Shown here: positions 38,850-48,811 of the stretch, piece after piece
Layout of the letters: each line of letters opens with the position of its first letter
How positions within the stretch are numbered: the stretch's first letter is position 1
Source: Camelus dromedarius
Lineage: Eukaryota
Length of the DNA: 64,000 bases
Reading direction: 5' to 3'
Assembly (NCBI RefSeq): GCF_036321535.1
Contig: NC_087437.1
Coordinates: 60,824,001-60,888,000 of the forward strand
Made by a program: the position numbers and the translations under genes
Notes under the pieces: model-generated
Database searches by the model: none
What the model was told of the DNA's origin: nothing
The model's input: only the letters and a program-made list of their open reading frames with translations

Positions 38850-41410
38850 GCCACCAGAGGCTCAACTTCTCATGTAATTAAAGAAGTATCAGCAATATCT
38901 TCCTCTGAAACCTGAGAAACAAATTGTACCTGTCTGCAAGATCTTAAACACCAAAAAGGGGAGAGTACTCAAGTTAACATCTACCAAAAAGAAAAAAAAA
39001 ATCTAATTGTTAAAAGATTTCACCCTTGGTCTGAATAAACTCAAAAAGTACCAACAAAGATGTTCTGACTTCTGAGGGAAATGGGATGGGAAGTGAGAGA
39101 CCCAAAAAACCCAGAGAAAGCTCAGTAGTTGTAGGAACATCTCCCCACCTTGAAAACCTCAGTAAAATTATCAGCAGCTGAAGTAAATAAAGCACATTTA
39201 AAAAAGACTTTGTACTTTGATTCCCTTCACAACACAGGATTATATTCCAGGGACTGACTTCATAAGTACCAATTTCTTGTTTGTGAACGCATTCTTTACA
39301 CAAACAATTCTTTCATCTCAAAATTCAATTGTCTTTCAAGCTCAAATATTTCACTTTCTTCCCCTTTTTAATCCTTTTTTCTAAAATTAATTTGCCCTAT
39401 GGACAATATTTCCACTGAACTATTTCATACTTTTGTACATTTTGCATTTTTACTCTTCTACTAAGTCTTTTTTTTATTCCTTTAATATTTGCAGAATGAT
39501 GAGATCTAATTTTTTCCCATTTTTGGACCCCCTTTTTAAAATGTGTAATTTCTTTATCTATCCTCATACACATATCCAAATGGCATTGAAGTTCATGTGA
39601 AATTGGCTCTTAGGTAAAGACCTTGATCTCTTTGCCTTATCTTGGGCAATTACTTTCTCTAGATCCATTAAACAGATCCATTCTCTGGATCCATTAAATT
39701 GATTGATTTTGCTCAACAATTTGTCATGCCTCATATGCTGCATCACATTTTCATATTTACCCAATCCACATAATATTAAATCTCTCTTATATCATGATCA
39801 TTTAAACTACCAATTCCCAGGTTACATTTGTACAGTCTTCACAGGCATCATGAACACTTGCATTGTATTTGTTCTGATGAATGCGTTAGTAGAATTTGTA
39901 GCCATTTTGCAGTTAATGACAGTTTTTATTTCAAAACCAAAAGGGAAACGAAAACTTAATTCTGTCTGTGTCACAATGCTCCCCACTCCCTGGCAGAGCC
40001 AGCTGTCAGAGCTGAGACCCTCCTTCTGCAGACCTGCTGCACTTTTGGTGGTTACTTGACACATTGGCAAGGTCTTTTCTCTAGGCTATGACATATATTG
40101 CAGAATACTTAACAGTCTTCCATGAAAATCGGTTCAGAAGATAACTTAAATACTGTTGGAACTTCTGGTAAAGAAGAGTGGAGTAGAAAAACATTATCTT
40201 TAGAAACACAGCTGGATGTAGCATCCCCTAGGGTGATGCTAGCAGCAAACATGTCTACCTCTTTGCCTTAGTCTCCGCTTACCAGGCAGTCAACATTTGC
40301 CCATTAGGAAAACCGTAGGGAATGAAGTGGGGGATGCAAAACTTACTTTTCTTTCAAGGGGAAAGCATAGCATTTTTGAAAAGTTAGAAAACTGGAGGGA
40401 GTTTCCCTTTTAATCAACTGTTACGATCAAAGTGGAATTTTTGTTGTTGTTATCTCTCTTTCGAAGGAAGGATGTACTATGATGTGAAACCCAGGCAACA
40501 GAGGAAGATAATATTGTTAAAGAAATCTAGTTCAAGAAAGTCAAGGTTGAAAATCTTGCAGATTCTCAAAATCTTAGGCAAGGTGGCATTAGCAGATTGC
40601 AGTTTGAAAACAGCCTTGCCCACAGATCTCCAAAAAATGTTTTCTAAGAGGAGGATGTGGGGAAGGTTCATGGCCAAATCAAATTTCAAAGGGGATAAAA
40701 TTGGCCTTTTGAAGAATAGAAGAAAAAAGTTGGCCCCTAAAAGGCGAGGGGAGGGGAGGTTATTTTATTGTGGTAACTTACGGGTGATATAAATAAATAC
40801 ATGTAAGTATTTATACTGATTATGGTGCCACAAATAAATATGTAAATATATGGCAATCTTTTGGCACCACCTGTGTGCCCTCCGCCGAGGGCCAGGATGT
40901 TATTTCAGCTAAATCTCGTGAAGTATCTCACAGATAGCTAGAGCTCATAGCTGCAAAATAAAAACAGACCCTGATATTTAAATGACTCTTTCCAATACTC
41001 CGAAACTTTGGGGTAGAGCCTCACAAACAGAAGAATTTTAAGGGCATTAAGCAGGGGAAAAGTAGATTTCTTTGGCAGTATCTATATGTATTTCCTTAAT
41101 CTTCCTTTCAAGATCAACTCTGTTGTCTATTCTGCTGTTTCTCAAAAATGTCCTTTTTCTAGAGAGATTATTTTCTGGCTCCTCAGTGATTTGAGAAACA
41201 GCAGACATCTGGGACGCGCCTTCACCATGACATCTCCAGGAAAACATGAGCTGGGTTTTCTCCTGGAGGCTGGCATCCCTGACCTACCTGGAGGAGCTTC
41301 CCACTTTCCCCCTCTTTTCCCCCTCTTCTTTATTTCTAACTTGCATTTTGCAGCACTGGTGAGACAACAGGAAGCCCTGGGCTTCCTCTCCAGGGCATTC
41401 AGCTGAAGGG
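38850..41410 (+). pseudogene. Decayed Toll-like receptor-like gene (LRRs, LRR-CT/TM remnant, TIR), TLR11/12-like
   Basis: Frameshifted translation gives GLNKLKK (~39028), IFQGLTS* (~39242), LLNNLSCLICCITFSYLPN/ILNLSY (~39709-39790) and QLNLVKYLTDS (~40906). TIR-like WQYLYVF..SSFQDQ, HDISRKT, YLEELPTF and FAALVRQQ lie at 41073-41370. Identified by eye only. Confidence 0.6.
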
Positions 41411-42917
41411 ATGTGCTCACCACATTGATAACAGTAGCCGGAAAAGAAAGAAACACACCCACCCTCCAGAAAGCATGACCCTCCTCCCCACTCCCCGTGC
41501 CTCCCATCGTGGCTTACTTCCCCCTAGGAGCCTCAAAGGCTCCTTCGGGGTTGTGCTATTGAGACCACTCCTGTGTTCAAGCCAATTTTATCCCCATTAA
41601 AATTTGGTTGGGCCATGTACCTTCCCCATGCCCACCACTCTGATCATGATTTTTTGAGCTCCGCAGGAAAGACCATCTTCAAACTGTTCTCTGCTAATAC
41701 CACTTGTCGATTTTGAGACTCTGCAAGAAACTTCTCTCAGTTTCAGAAACGTGAGATACTGTTGTCTAAAGTTAACTAAGCATGAATCATTGTGACTCAG
41801 ACTCAGTACATATCTGTGTTGCTATGCATGTTCTTACATGGAAAATGGTTTGTTATGCTGCCCTTTATAAGCCAAACACCCTTGAAATAAGCAAGAGAGA
41901 GGGGGAATGCTTTTTTTTACCAACTTAGTGTATCCAATGGTAAGAGTTAAATATAACTGAAGTTTGGGATCTAGTTTTCCATATTTTCCATATGGACGGT
42001 TCTGGAGGTGGTGGGAGTGCAAGACTAAGTGCCTGAGGACTAAGTACCATAGGACCAAGAACAGCCAAAAAGCAGCTGAGCACAGTCATTGCTCTCCCCT
42101 GAAGATGGGACAGTGAAAACAAGAGCCGTGTCTAGGATGTGAGTGAAAGACACAAGCAGCTCTTGAGAGTCATCACTAAAGACAGTTTTTAAGGAGCACT
42201 GGGAAGTGTAATTTGAAGGAGACTCCATCTGGAGTGTGGAGGTCTGCACGTTGCGACTCTCCCCGGGCTCAGCTGGCCCTCGTCCACCATTCCTGGTAGC
42301 TAACGCTGAAACCAAGAGCTGCCTGAGCTCTCAGACATCCTGGAGTGAATGGGTCAGTATGTTAACAACTCATAAGTCTCTGAGTACTAGGTCTACTGGT
42401 CTATTAGGTTTATCCTAATTTTTCTTTCCAGAGAAAATACATCTTTAAAAGTTGGGCTCTCCATCTGAAAAACTTAGTTATCACAGAAACAGTGTCTTCC
42501 CTGGGCAACAGAGTTTCCCTGATCAGTTTCCTCACCCACAATAAGCCTTTCAAATCATGATGAAAATCAGAATCCTTTTGCACCAGCCTTTTGTCTTCAC
42601 TGTTGAGCAGGAAGCTGCTGCATGGCTGAAGGAAGAAGAAATTGAGTGTGAGTCCTCTGTTGTAGATTACCTCCAAGCTATCACCAAACTGTGCCACTGC
42701 TTTCAGAACAGCCTGGGTGACATTCAGCTACTCTGGACTTGCTCACCTGTGCCCCATATGAACCTTTCCATATTTACCATTTAATCAGCAAACGTGTGCT
42801 GTTCAGTAACCACTATAGATTGCTACAGGTTGACGGTTGGGTAGACTTGATAAAGATAATCAAGTTGCTGAAGCTGCTTTCTCTTCTTCAGCCTAATGGT
42901 CACGTCTTTACCACAGT

Positions 42918-43030
42918 TCTCTGTGACCTTGGGTGAATCTGAACTGCTCTCAGCCTAGGGTTTTCCCAAATTAAGTGAAATATTCCATATAAAGCACTTA
43001 GCACAAAATAAGTGCTTGGTGATTGTTGAT
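42918..43030. mobile_element. MIR fragment
   Basis: ctgtgaccttggg...tctcagcct..tttcc..; tataaagcacttagcaca...taagtgct. Confidence 0.6.
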
Positions 43031-43414
43031 GAGGATGGAATAGAAGACAAGACTGATTAGTGAGGAGTATTTTTCTTTTTCTTTTCTTTGTAACACTTTT
43101 TCCCAACCCCTTGTCTGTTTCCTTTGGCCCCATGCCATCACAATACTCACACTCTTAAAGAAAGTCTCCAAGGCAGGACTCTTCTCCCTCTCCAACTTGG
43201 GTTACACTTAAATATACCATTGCTACTGAGATGAGGTGTGCCATCTTATTCACGTCCAGCCTCTTCCTCATGTCTGCCCACAGTGAATCAGAGGGACAAC
43301 CATCTCCGGGGGATTTGCCTGTATATCTCTGGCTGCATTCTTAGCCATCTGTGGTGCCCTGATACAAATACCAGGATTTCTCTGGCTCAGTATTACTGAA
43401 TAAACAACCAACTC

Positions 43415-43894
43415 ACTTATGGTCCCAGCAGGAACCGATAGGAATTACATTCAAACAAGGATACACTCTACGAAGATTTATAAATGGACTGTTTACAAGG
43501 GGGAAGGTAGGGAAAAGCAAACCGCAAGGGATAATGCAGTTACATGGGGCTGGTAATGACAGAGCTGTTCCCTGTCCCTAGGCCCAGAAAGGAGGAACCT
43601 CTGGAGTGTTTCCTAGAACCCCAAGGCAGAGTTTTGTGTAGAAAGGGCCACCTTGAGAGGAATGTGACCTTTGGTTATGAGTGCAGCCAGCTGGAGACAA
43701 ATCCAGAGGGAGGAGTCAGGAGAATGAGCACCCTGGCTCCTTTCCTCCTCCTCTCTGATCTGCAAAGGCTCCTTCTCAGCCAAATGCAATTGGAAGCCAG
43801 AGGGCAAGGGAACCCATTGCAGTCAGCCTCCTGGGGCAGGACAGAGAAGGGCAGAGAACAGATCTGGAGGGGCCAGAGGAAGGTATCTGGTACA
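43415..43894. mobile_element. Old ERVL/MaLR solo LTR (LTR33/MLT1K-like)
   Basis: ggtcccagcaggaa...gatctggaggggc..gaaggtatctggtaca; a related element lies in the opposite orientation at ~55158-55598. Confidence 0.6.
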
Positions 43895-46600
43895 TTAAGT
43901 AAATAAAAGTGGGCCATGCATGGGTCAAGGGTGACCAAAGATGACCAGTGATATGAACCAAGGATTATAGTTTATCCAATTCTTGCAGCTGGGGTCCTAA
44001 AAAATCAGTTGACCCCTAATAACTTATTTTGTGCTTCTAGAGAAACCTTCAGCTTTTGTTTTGTGACTGGATTTTCAATATCTGAACAATTGTTACTCAT
44101 GGTAACAGTCCAGTCTCTAACATTATTTATCTTTGATTCCGAATATTTTCCTGTCTGAATATACTGGCTTGTGGCACCTGGGGGTGGCCCCCACTTCCCA
44201 CCCACTGAGGAAAAACCAGTTGGTGCTCAGTCTGGCTATATGGGAGGCCTTAGGCAGACAGCACGCTAGTACCCCCAGGGAGATCTGGGAACAGGCTCTG
44301 TGGACCCCCCTTTAGCACCCACAGAGTGGACATCAGAGTGCACTCTTCTCCTGCATGTGGAGGTGGCAAGGGGTGGGGGGGGACAAGCAGGGCAATGGTA
44401 CAGAGTTTGTTGGAGAAACTCCAGCTCAGGACTGGAGGCAAAAATCTACCTGCTGTTACCATTCTTCCTACCACACAATAAGAAAGCTGGGAAATAGTCC
44501 ATTGGACCCTAGTGATGGACTAACAGACTAAGAAAAGCTCAGCCTTCTGAAGTCCCTGCCCCAGGCAGGGGTTGGGCTTTGTCCTAAGGGCTTCTCAATT
44601 TGCCATTCTGCAAGGCTAGGCCCTCAGAACAGGCAGAGTGGGTGGTGAGCTAAAAGGTGTGACCGGAGGGGCTTCAAAAGGCTTGCCTGACCCCAAACTA
44701 TCTCCTTTGCTGGCCTGAGGGTCTGTCTGAAGTTTTCATCATTTGAGTCATTTCTTTATGCAAAGAGTTTATTTCAAGAAGTCCTCTGCTAAAATGTACC
44801 TGCTGCTTAAAAGGGTGTGGTGCACATTTGTGTTTCTTTTTGTCTTCTCAACATCGAACTTCCCTTCCTGTTTTGAGAATTTCACACCTTATGAGTATTT
44901 ATAGGAAGTAGAGCCCATTTTCTGTTGCCAGGGTAGGGTCCTAAGACCAACCAACCAGGTCCACTTGCTCCAGACCGGACACTGAGCGCTAGTGACACAA
45001 GATGGCAGAATTTGGGACAGCGTTTATTTTGGTAGTGGGTGGCAGCAGTGGCGGTGATCCCTGTGGCAGTGGCCCTGACCCAAGCTGTCATGGCAGCCGT
45101 GCAAACTGTGGTATCCAGCAGTAGGGGGTGGCTGCCATCATGTTCTCAGAATTATTGTCTATGGCATAACTTGGGCTGTGGCCTCCACTGCTGTGTAGCA
45201 TCTCCTGATCCTGCTCATTATTAAAGTCTGTTCCTCAGCCCAGAGAGTCTAGAACTTCCCAGTATCCTTCTACTAAATCCCCACACTGCTTAAACCAGAC
45301 ATCCTTAGATGCAGGAAACTAAGAACACCCAAGGGGTGACTCCAGGGGTGATACGTTCACTCAAGAGAAGCCTTAAATGTACCAGCCACAGAGAGATGCG
45401 TTTGTCTAATTCATTAGTTGCCACCCTGGGAAACAGTAGGACCCCAGGAAAGAGTTTTGTTGAGGGGGAGGAAATCTGGAGAGTCTGGCCTTACGGACAT
45501 TAGCTGATGGGGCTTCCCCAGAAGGACACTGGACAGAGGCTTCAAGGCAGTCTGAGGGACACACATTCAAGGCACTAGGCTGGGGCAGTGCAGGATGGAG
45601 AGAGATATGTGGACAGGAAAGATGAAGGTACAATAAGGGTAGTAGCTAACATGGGCTGAGGCTGATGCTACTGAGTGTGGAAGCTTGCTGAAACGGCCTT
45701 GTTTATACACTTGTAGTGCATCCAAGGGAAGTTTCTGCTTTGTCAAAGTAAGACCACTGATTTTATCTCTTTGATTTGCCTGAGCATTTCTGCTGACATT
45801 TCTTTTTGATGGTAATAGTAATCAGTTTGTGGGATTTCTACCCTCTCCCCACTCCCCACACCACCACCACCACCACCACTGCATTTAGTCCCTTTATGAT
45901 TTAAAAAGCAGGGATAAAGAGTGCAAGGACAGCGTAAATTCTCAACTATGACAGGGCAAGGTCTGTGACTATGATCTTTCCCCCAGAGAAGAGCCCAGAA
46001 ATTGTTCACTGAGGGGAGGGAGGGGAGGGAGAGGGAGGGAGTAGTGAGTAGAGATACTGATCATCTGCTAAGAAGTTGTCTGGGTTTTGTGGAGAGTAGG
46101 GGTAACTCATGAGTTAGCAGGATTCACTCCTTTCCGCATTCCTCTTCACTTTCCCTCAGAACAAGGACTGTGCCTGGTGTTCAGTTACCTCATAAATAAA
46201 CTCAGGGCCCAGCTATTGTTCTCTGAACTTTTCCATGGAAGGGTCCTGTTCACCTGCCAGAGGCTCCAGGCATGATCCCAGGGCACCCAGAGAGGACCCT
46301 GCCGCAGGCCCACTCCGGCCGCAGCAGCAATGCAAGCCACGACAGGCCAGTGCTCCCGTCTCAGATTCCCCAGCCAGGCTCTGAAAGACTTGTCCTTGGG
46401 GAACCCTCAGGGCACTGACTTGCATCCAGAGGATATGCTCTTGGAGTTTTTTTTGGCTGACGGGTAGCGCTGAATCACCACCCTTTCTCACCAGCTCCAT
46501 GGATGTCACCAAGGGAAGGGCACTGAAAAATAATCTAAGTGAAACTACCAAAAAACATTAAAGAAAGAAAAAACACCGCTGTGTTAGACTTAAAAAAATA

Positions 46601-46606
46601 TTTATA
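46601..46606 (-). terminator. Candidate NRROS poly(A) signal, variant TATAAA
   Basis: About 235 nt after the stop codon, followed on the minus strand by a GU/U-rich element (~46549-46577). An ATTAAA also occurs at 46727-46732. Confidence 0.45.
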
Positions 46607-46840
46607 AGACATGTTTTTAAATTTTCACAGAATATCACTTAATAAATATTTTACCAGGATGATGAGGATACATCACAATGATGGAGGAAGCACAGGGGAC
46701 AACTGAAGGATGGAAACTTTTAACAATTTAATTTAAACCTGAATTCATCAGACTTGTCCTTGGCATCAGGCCTTGAAATCTGGCAGAGAAAGTGTCCTGA
46801 CCCACCCAGCCCAGGTGTCTAGCGTGGGCACATAGCCAGG

Positions 46841-48811
46841 TCAGTATACGGAGGACCAGTGGCAGCGGCTCTTGATTACCTGAAGCAGAGGCTTCCTGAA
46901 AGTGAGGAAGATGATGGTGCAGGCCACCAGCAGGGTGAGGCAGCTAGGAAGAATGAGCACAAGGTACAGCAGGCCCATGTCCACCCGCTCCCACTTACAA
47001 TCCTGAGGAATGCCCCCAGGCAGCTCTGTCAGGTGAATGACCCTGGAAGAGAGGTTGCAAGTGACCATGGCTGAGTCGGCGACCGTGTGCAGGCGCTGCA
47101 GGGCCGCCCAGCCCTCCACCCCACAGCAGTCATAAGGATTCTGACTGAGGTAGACAGTCCGCAGACTTCTTGTAAGCTGCTCAGACACAGCCCTCTGCGG
47201 AAGGGCTGTGAGCAAGTTTCTGCGGAGATCCAGGGTCTGCAGGGCCAGGCTGCCCCGCAACGTTGGGAAACTGGTCAAAGCATTTCCCGACAGATCCAAG
47301 TCCCTCAGACTCCCAAACCCAGAGAAGTCCAACTCTGTGAGGCTGGAACCGAGGCCCACATCCCTGAGAGACAGGACCTGTAACGTGGGGGCAGTGTCCC
47401 AGAGAGGAGCGATGCTCCCGTTCAGAACCCTCCAGTTGCCAGACAGGTCTAGGTGGGTGAGGGCGGTCCCCTGGAATGAGCAGTCTTGTAGTGCCCCCAG
47501 CCCACAGCCCTCCAGGGACAGGCTCCTCAAAGATGCCATGTTTCTGAAATCCACACAGGCAGGGCCGCCCCCGGGGTCTAAGCCCGCCGGCTGGGGACAA
47601 AGTGAGATCTGATTGTGGCTCATGTCAATTGTAGTGAGGTTACTGGCATCAGCAAAAAGGCCTGTGGGGACACCCAGGAGCTGGTTGGAGCTCAGATTGA
47701 AGGACTGGAGGCTCCTCAGGCAGCCGGGGAGCCCCGGAGCCAAGTGTAGCTCCGACAGCTGGTTCTGGCTCAGGTCCAGCTCTGTGAGTGCTCCTGGCGG
47801 CTCATGCTCCCGGATGTGGAGCGTCATCAGGCAATTCTGGTTGAGGTTCAGGTGGGAGAGGGAAGGCATTTTCTTTAGGAAGCCCTCAGGCAGGTACTGG
47901 AACTGGTTCTGGCTCATATCCAGGAAGCGGAGATCTGAGAGGTTACTGGAAGCAAACTCTTCCCAGAGGCTGACGGTGGTGATGTTGGTCACGTTGCCGT
48001 CCACAAGGAGGAACTGGGCCACCATCTCCTGCCTCGACGAGGTGTTGTACAGGTCCCTGTAGAAGCCCATGTTGTTGTCCCGCAGCAGGAGGGTGTGCAG
48101 CTTGCCGCACTGGGGCAGGAGGGGGAAAAACAGCAGCTGATTATGAGAGAGGTCCAGCGTCTCCAGCTCAAAGGCAGCCTCTCCCCCCGATGCCAGGAAC
48201 CACTCCAGGGCATTGTAGCTGACGTTGAGGAACTGGAGCTGTGTGAGACCGAAGTCCACAATGCAAGGGAGGTTATTATAGGCCAGGTTGAGGTGCCTCA
48301 GCTCCGTCAAGCTGTCGAAAGCACCACCCTCAATCTCAAAGATGTAGTTCCTCTGCAGATCCAGCTCCCTGAGGCGCCCCAGGCCCTCAAACACGGAGTC
48401 GTCAAGCCTCATGATGGTGTTCCTTGCCAGGGACACAGACTCCAGAGAAGAGAGGTTCTGGAGCATGAGGGCCACCATGTCTTCTGTCAGGGAGTTCCCC
48501 GACAAGTCCAGCCTCCGCAGAGCCCGCGGGCCGCGGAGAGCAGCTGCGGCCTCCTGGTAGCTCTCCGAGAGGGAGTTGTCGGGCAGCGCCAGGCTGCGCA
48601 GGTGCACCTGCTCCTGGAAGGCGGCGCGGCTGATGTGCTCCAGGTGGCAGCTGTGAAAACTGAGGCTCTCCAGGAGAGGGTAACGCTGCAGGGAGCGGTT
48701 CCACAGGGTCTTGAGAGGGTTGGCATCCAGGATGAGCGTCTGGGAGTAGGGCGGGAGATTGCTGGGCACTGAGGCAAGGTTCTGCCCTCGACAGTCAGCG
48801 ACTCCATCCAG
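46841..48811 (-). CDS. NRROS: NRROS (LRRC33) large terminal coding exon: LRR ectodomain, TM helix, short tail
   Basis: Acceptor tggccctag| then [21 protein letters not shown]... to ...[10 protein letters not shown]. 1971 nt; with the upstream exon it gives 692 aa. Confidence 0.98.
   Translation of the reverse strand: MDGVADCRGQNLASVPSNLPPYSQTLILDANPLKTLWNRSLQRYPLLESLSFHSCHLEHISRAAFQEQVHLRSLALPDNSLSESYQEAAAALRGPRALRRLDLSGNSLTEDMVALMLQNLSSLESVSLARNTIMRLDDSVFEGLGRLRELDLQRNYIFEIEGGAFDSLTELRHLNLAYNNLPCIVDFGLTQLQFLNVSYNALEWFLASGGEAAFELETLDLSHNQLLFFPLLPQCGKLHTLLLRDNNMGFYRDLYNTSSRQEMVAQFLLVDGNVTNITTVSLWEEFASSNLSDLRFLDMSQNQFQYLPEGFLKKMPSLSHLNLNQNCLMTLHIREHEPPGALTELDLSQNQLSELHLAPGLPGCLRSLQSFNLSSNQLLGVPTGLFADASNLTTIDMSHNQISLCPQPAGLDPGGGPACVDFRNMASLRSLSLEGCGLGALQDCSFQGTALTHLDLSGNWRVLNGSIAPLWDTAPTLQVLSLRDVGLGSSLTELDFSGFGSLRDLDLSGNALTSFPTLRGSLALQTLDLRRNLLTALPQRAVSEQLTRSLRTVYLSQNPYDCCGVEGWAALQRLHTVADSAMVTCNLSSRVIHLTELPGGIPQDCKWERVDMGLLYLVLILPSCLTLLVACTIIFLTFRKPLLQVIKSRCHWSSVY

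Larger units (their letters stand above)
41581..44502 (-). pseudogene. Second decayed TLR-like ectodomain, interrupted by an LTR and a MIR
   Basis: Candidate ATG at 44502. LPPVLSWSFSNKLC and DLPGGTSVL resemble the TLR12/11 N-terminus. LRR-like ESSFSNL, MESPTFKDVFSLE..INLI, NILTHSLQDV*ELRQL and LRHLVLHS. Shares a ~150-bp homologous block with the plus-strand copy. Confidence 0.55.

Noticed and set aside
39560..39850. Gypsy-like reverse transcriptase on the minus strand (TSMPFGY, MDLEK, HDIRE)
   Set aside because: No YxDD or downstream RT motifs follow, and the plus-strand LRR reading is stronger and collinear with its flanks. Not formally excluded.
43141..43400. Plus-strand LRR-like text (LKKVSKAGLFSLSNL)
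   Set aside because: Both strands give weak LRR-like words here and I cannot assign orientation by eye. This shows the false-positive risk of manual motif spotting.
46859..48807. Several long antisense and alternative-frame ORFs
   Set aside because: They are shadows of the GC-rich NRROS coding exon.
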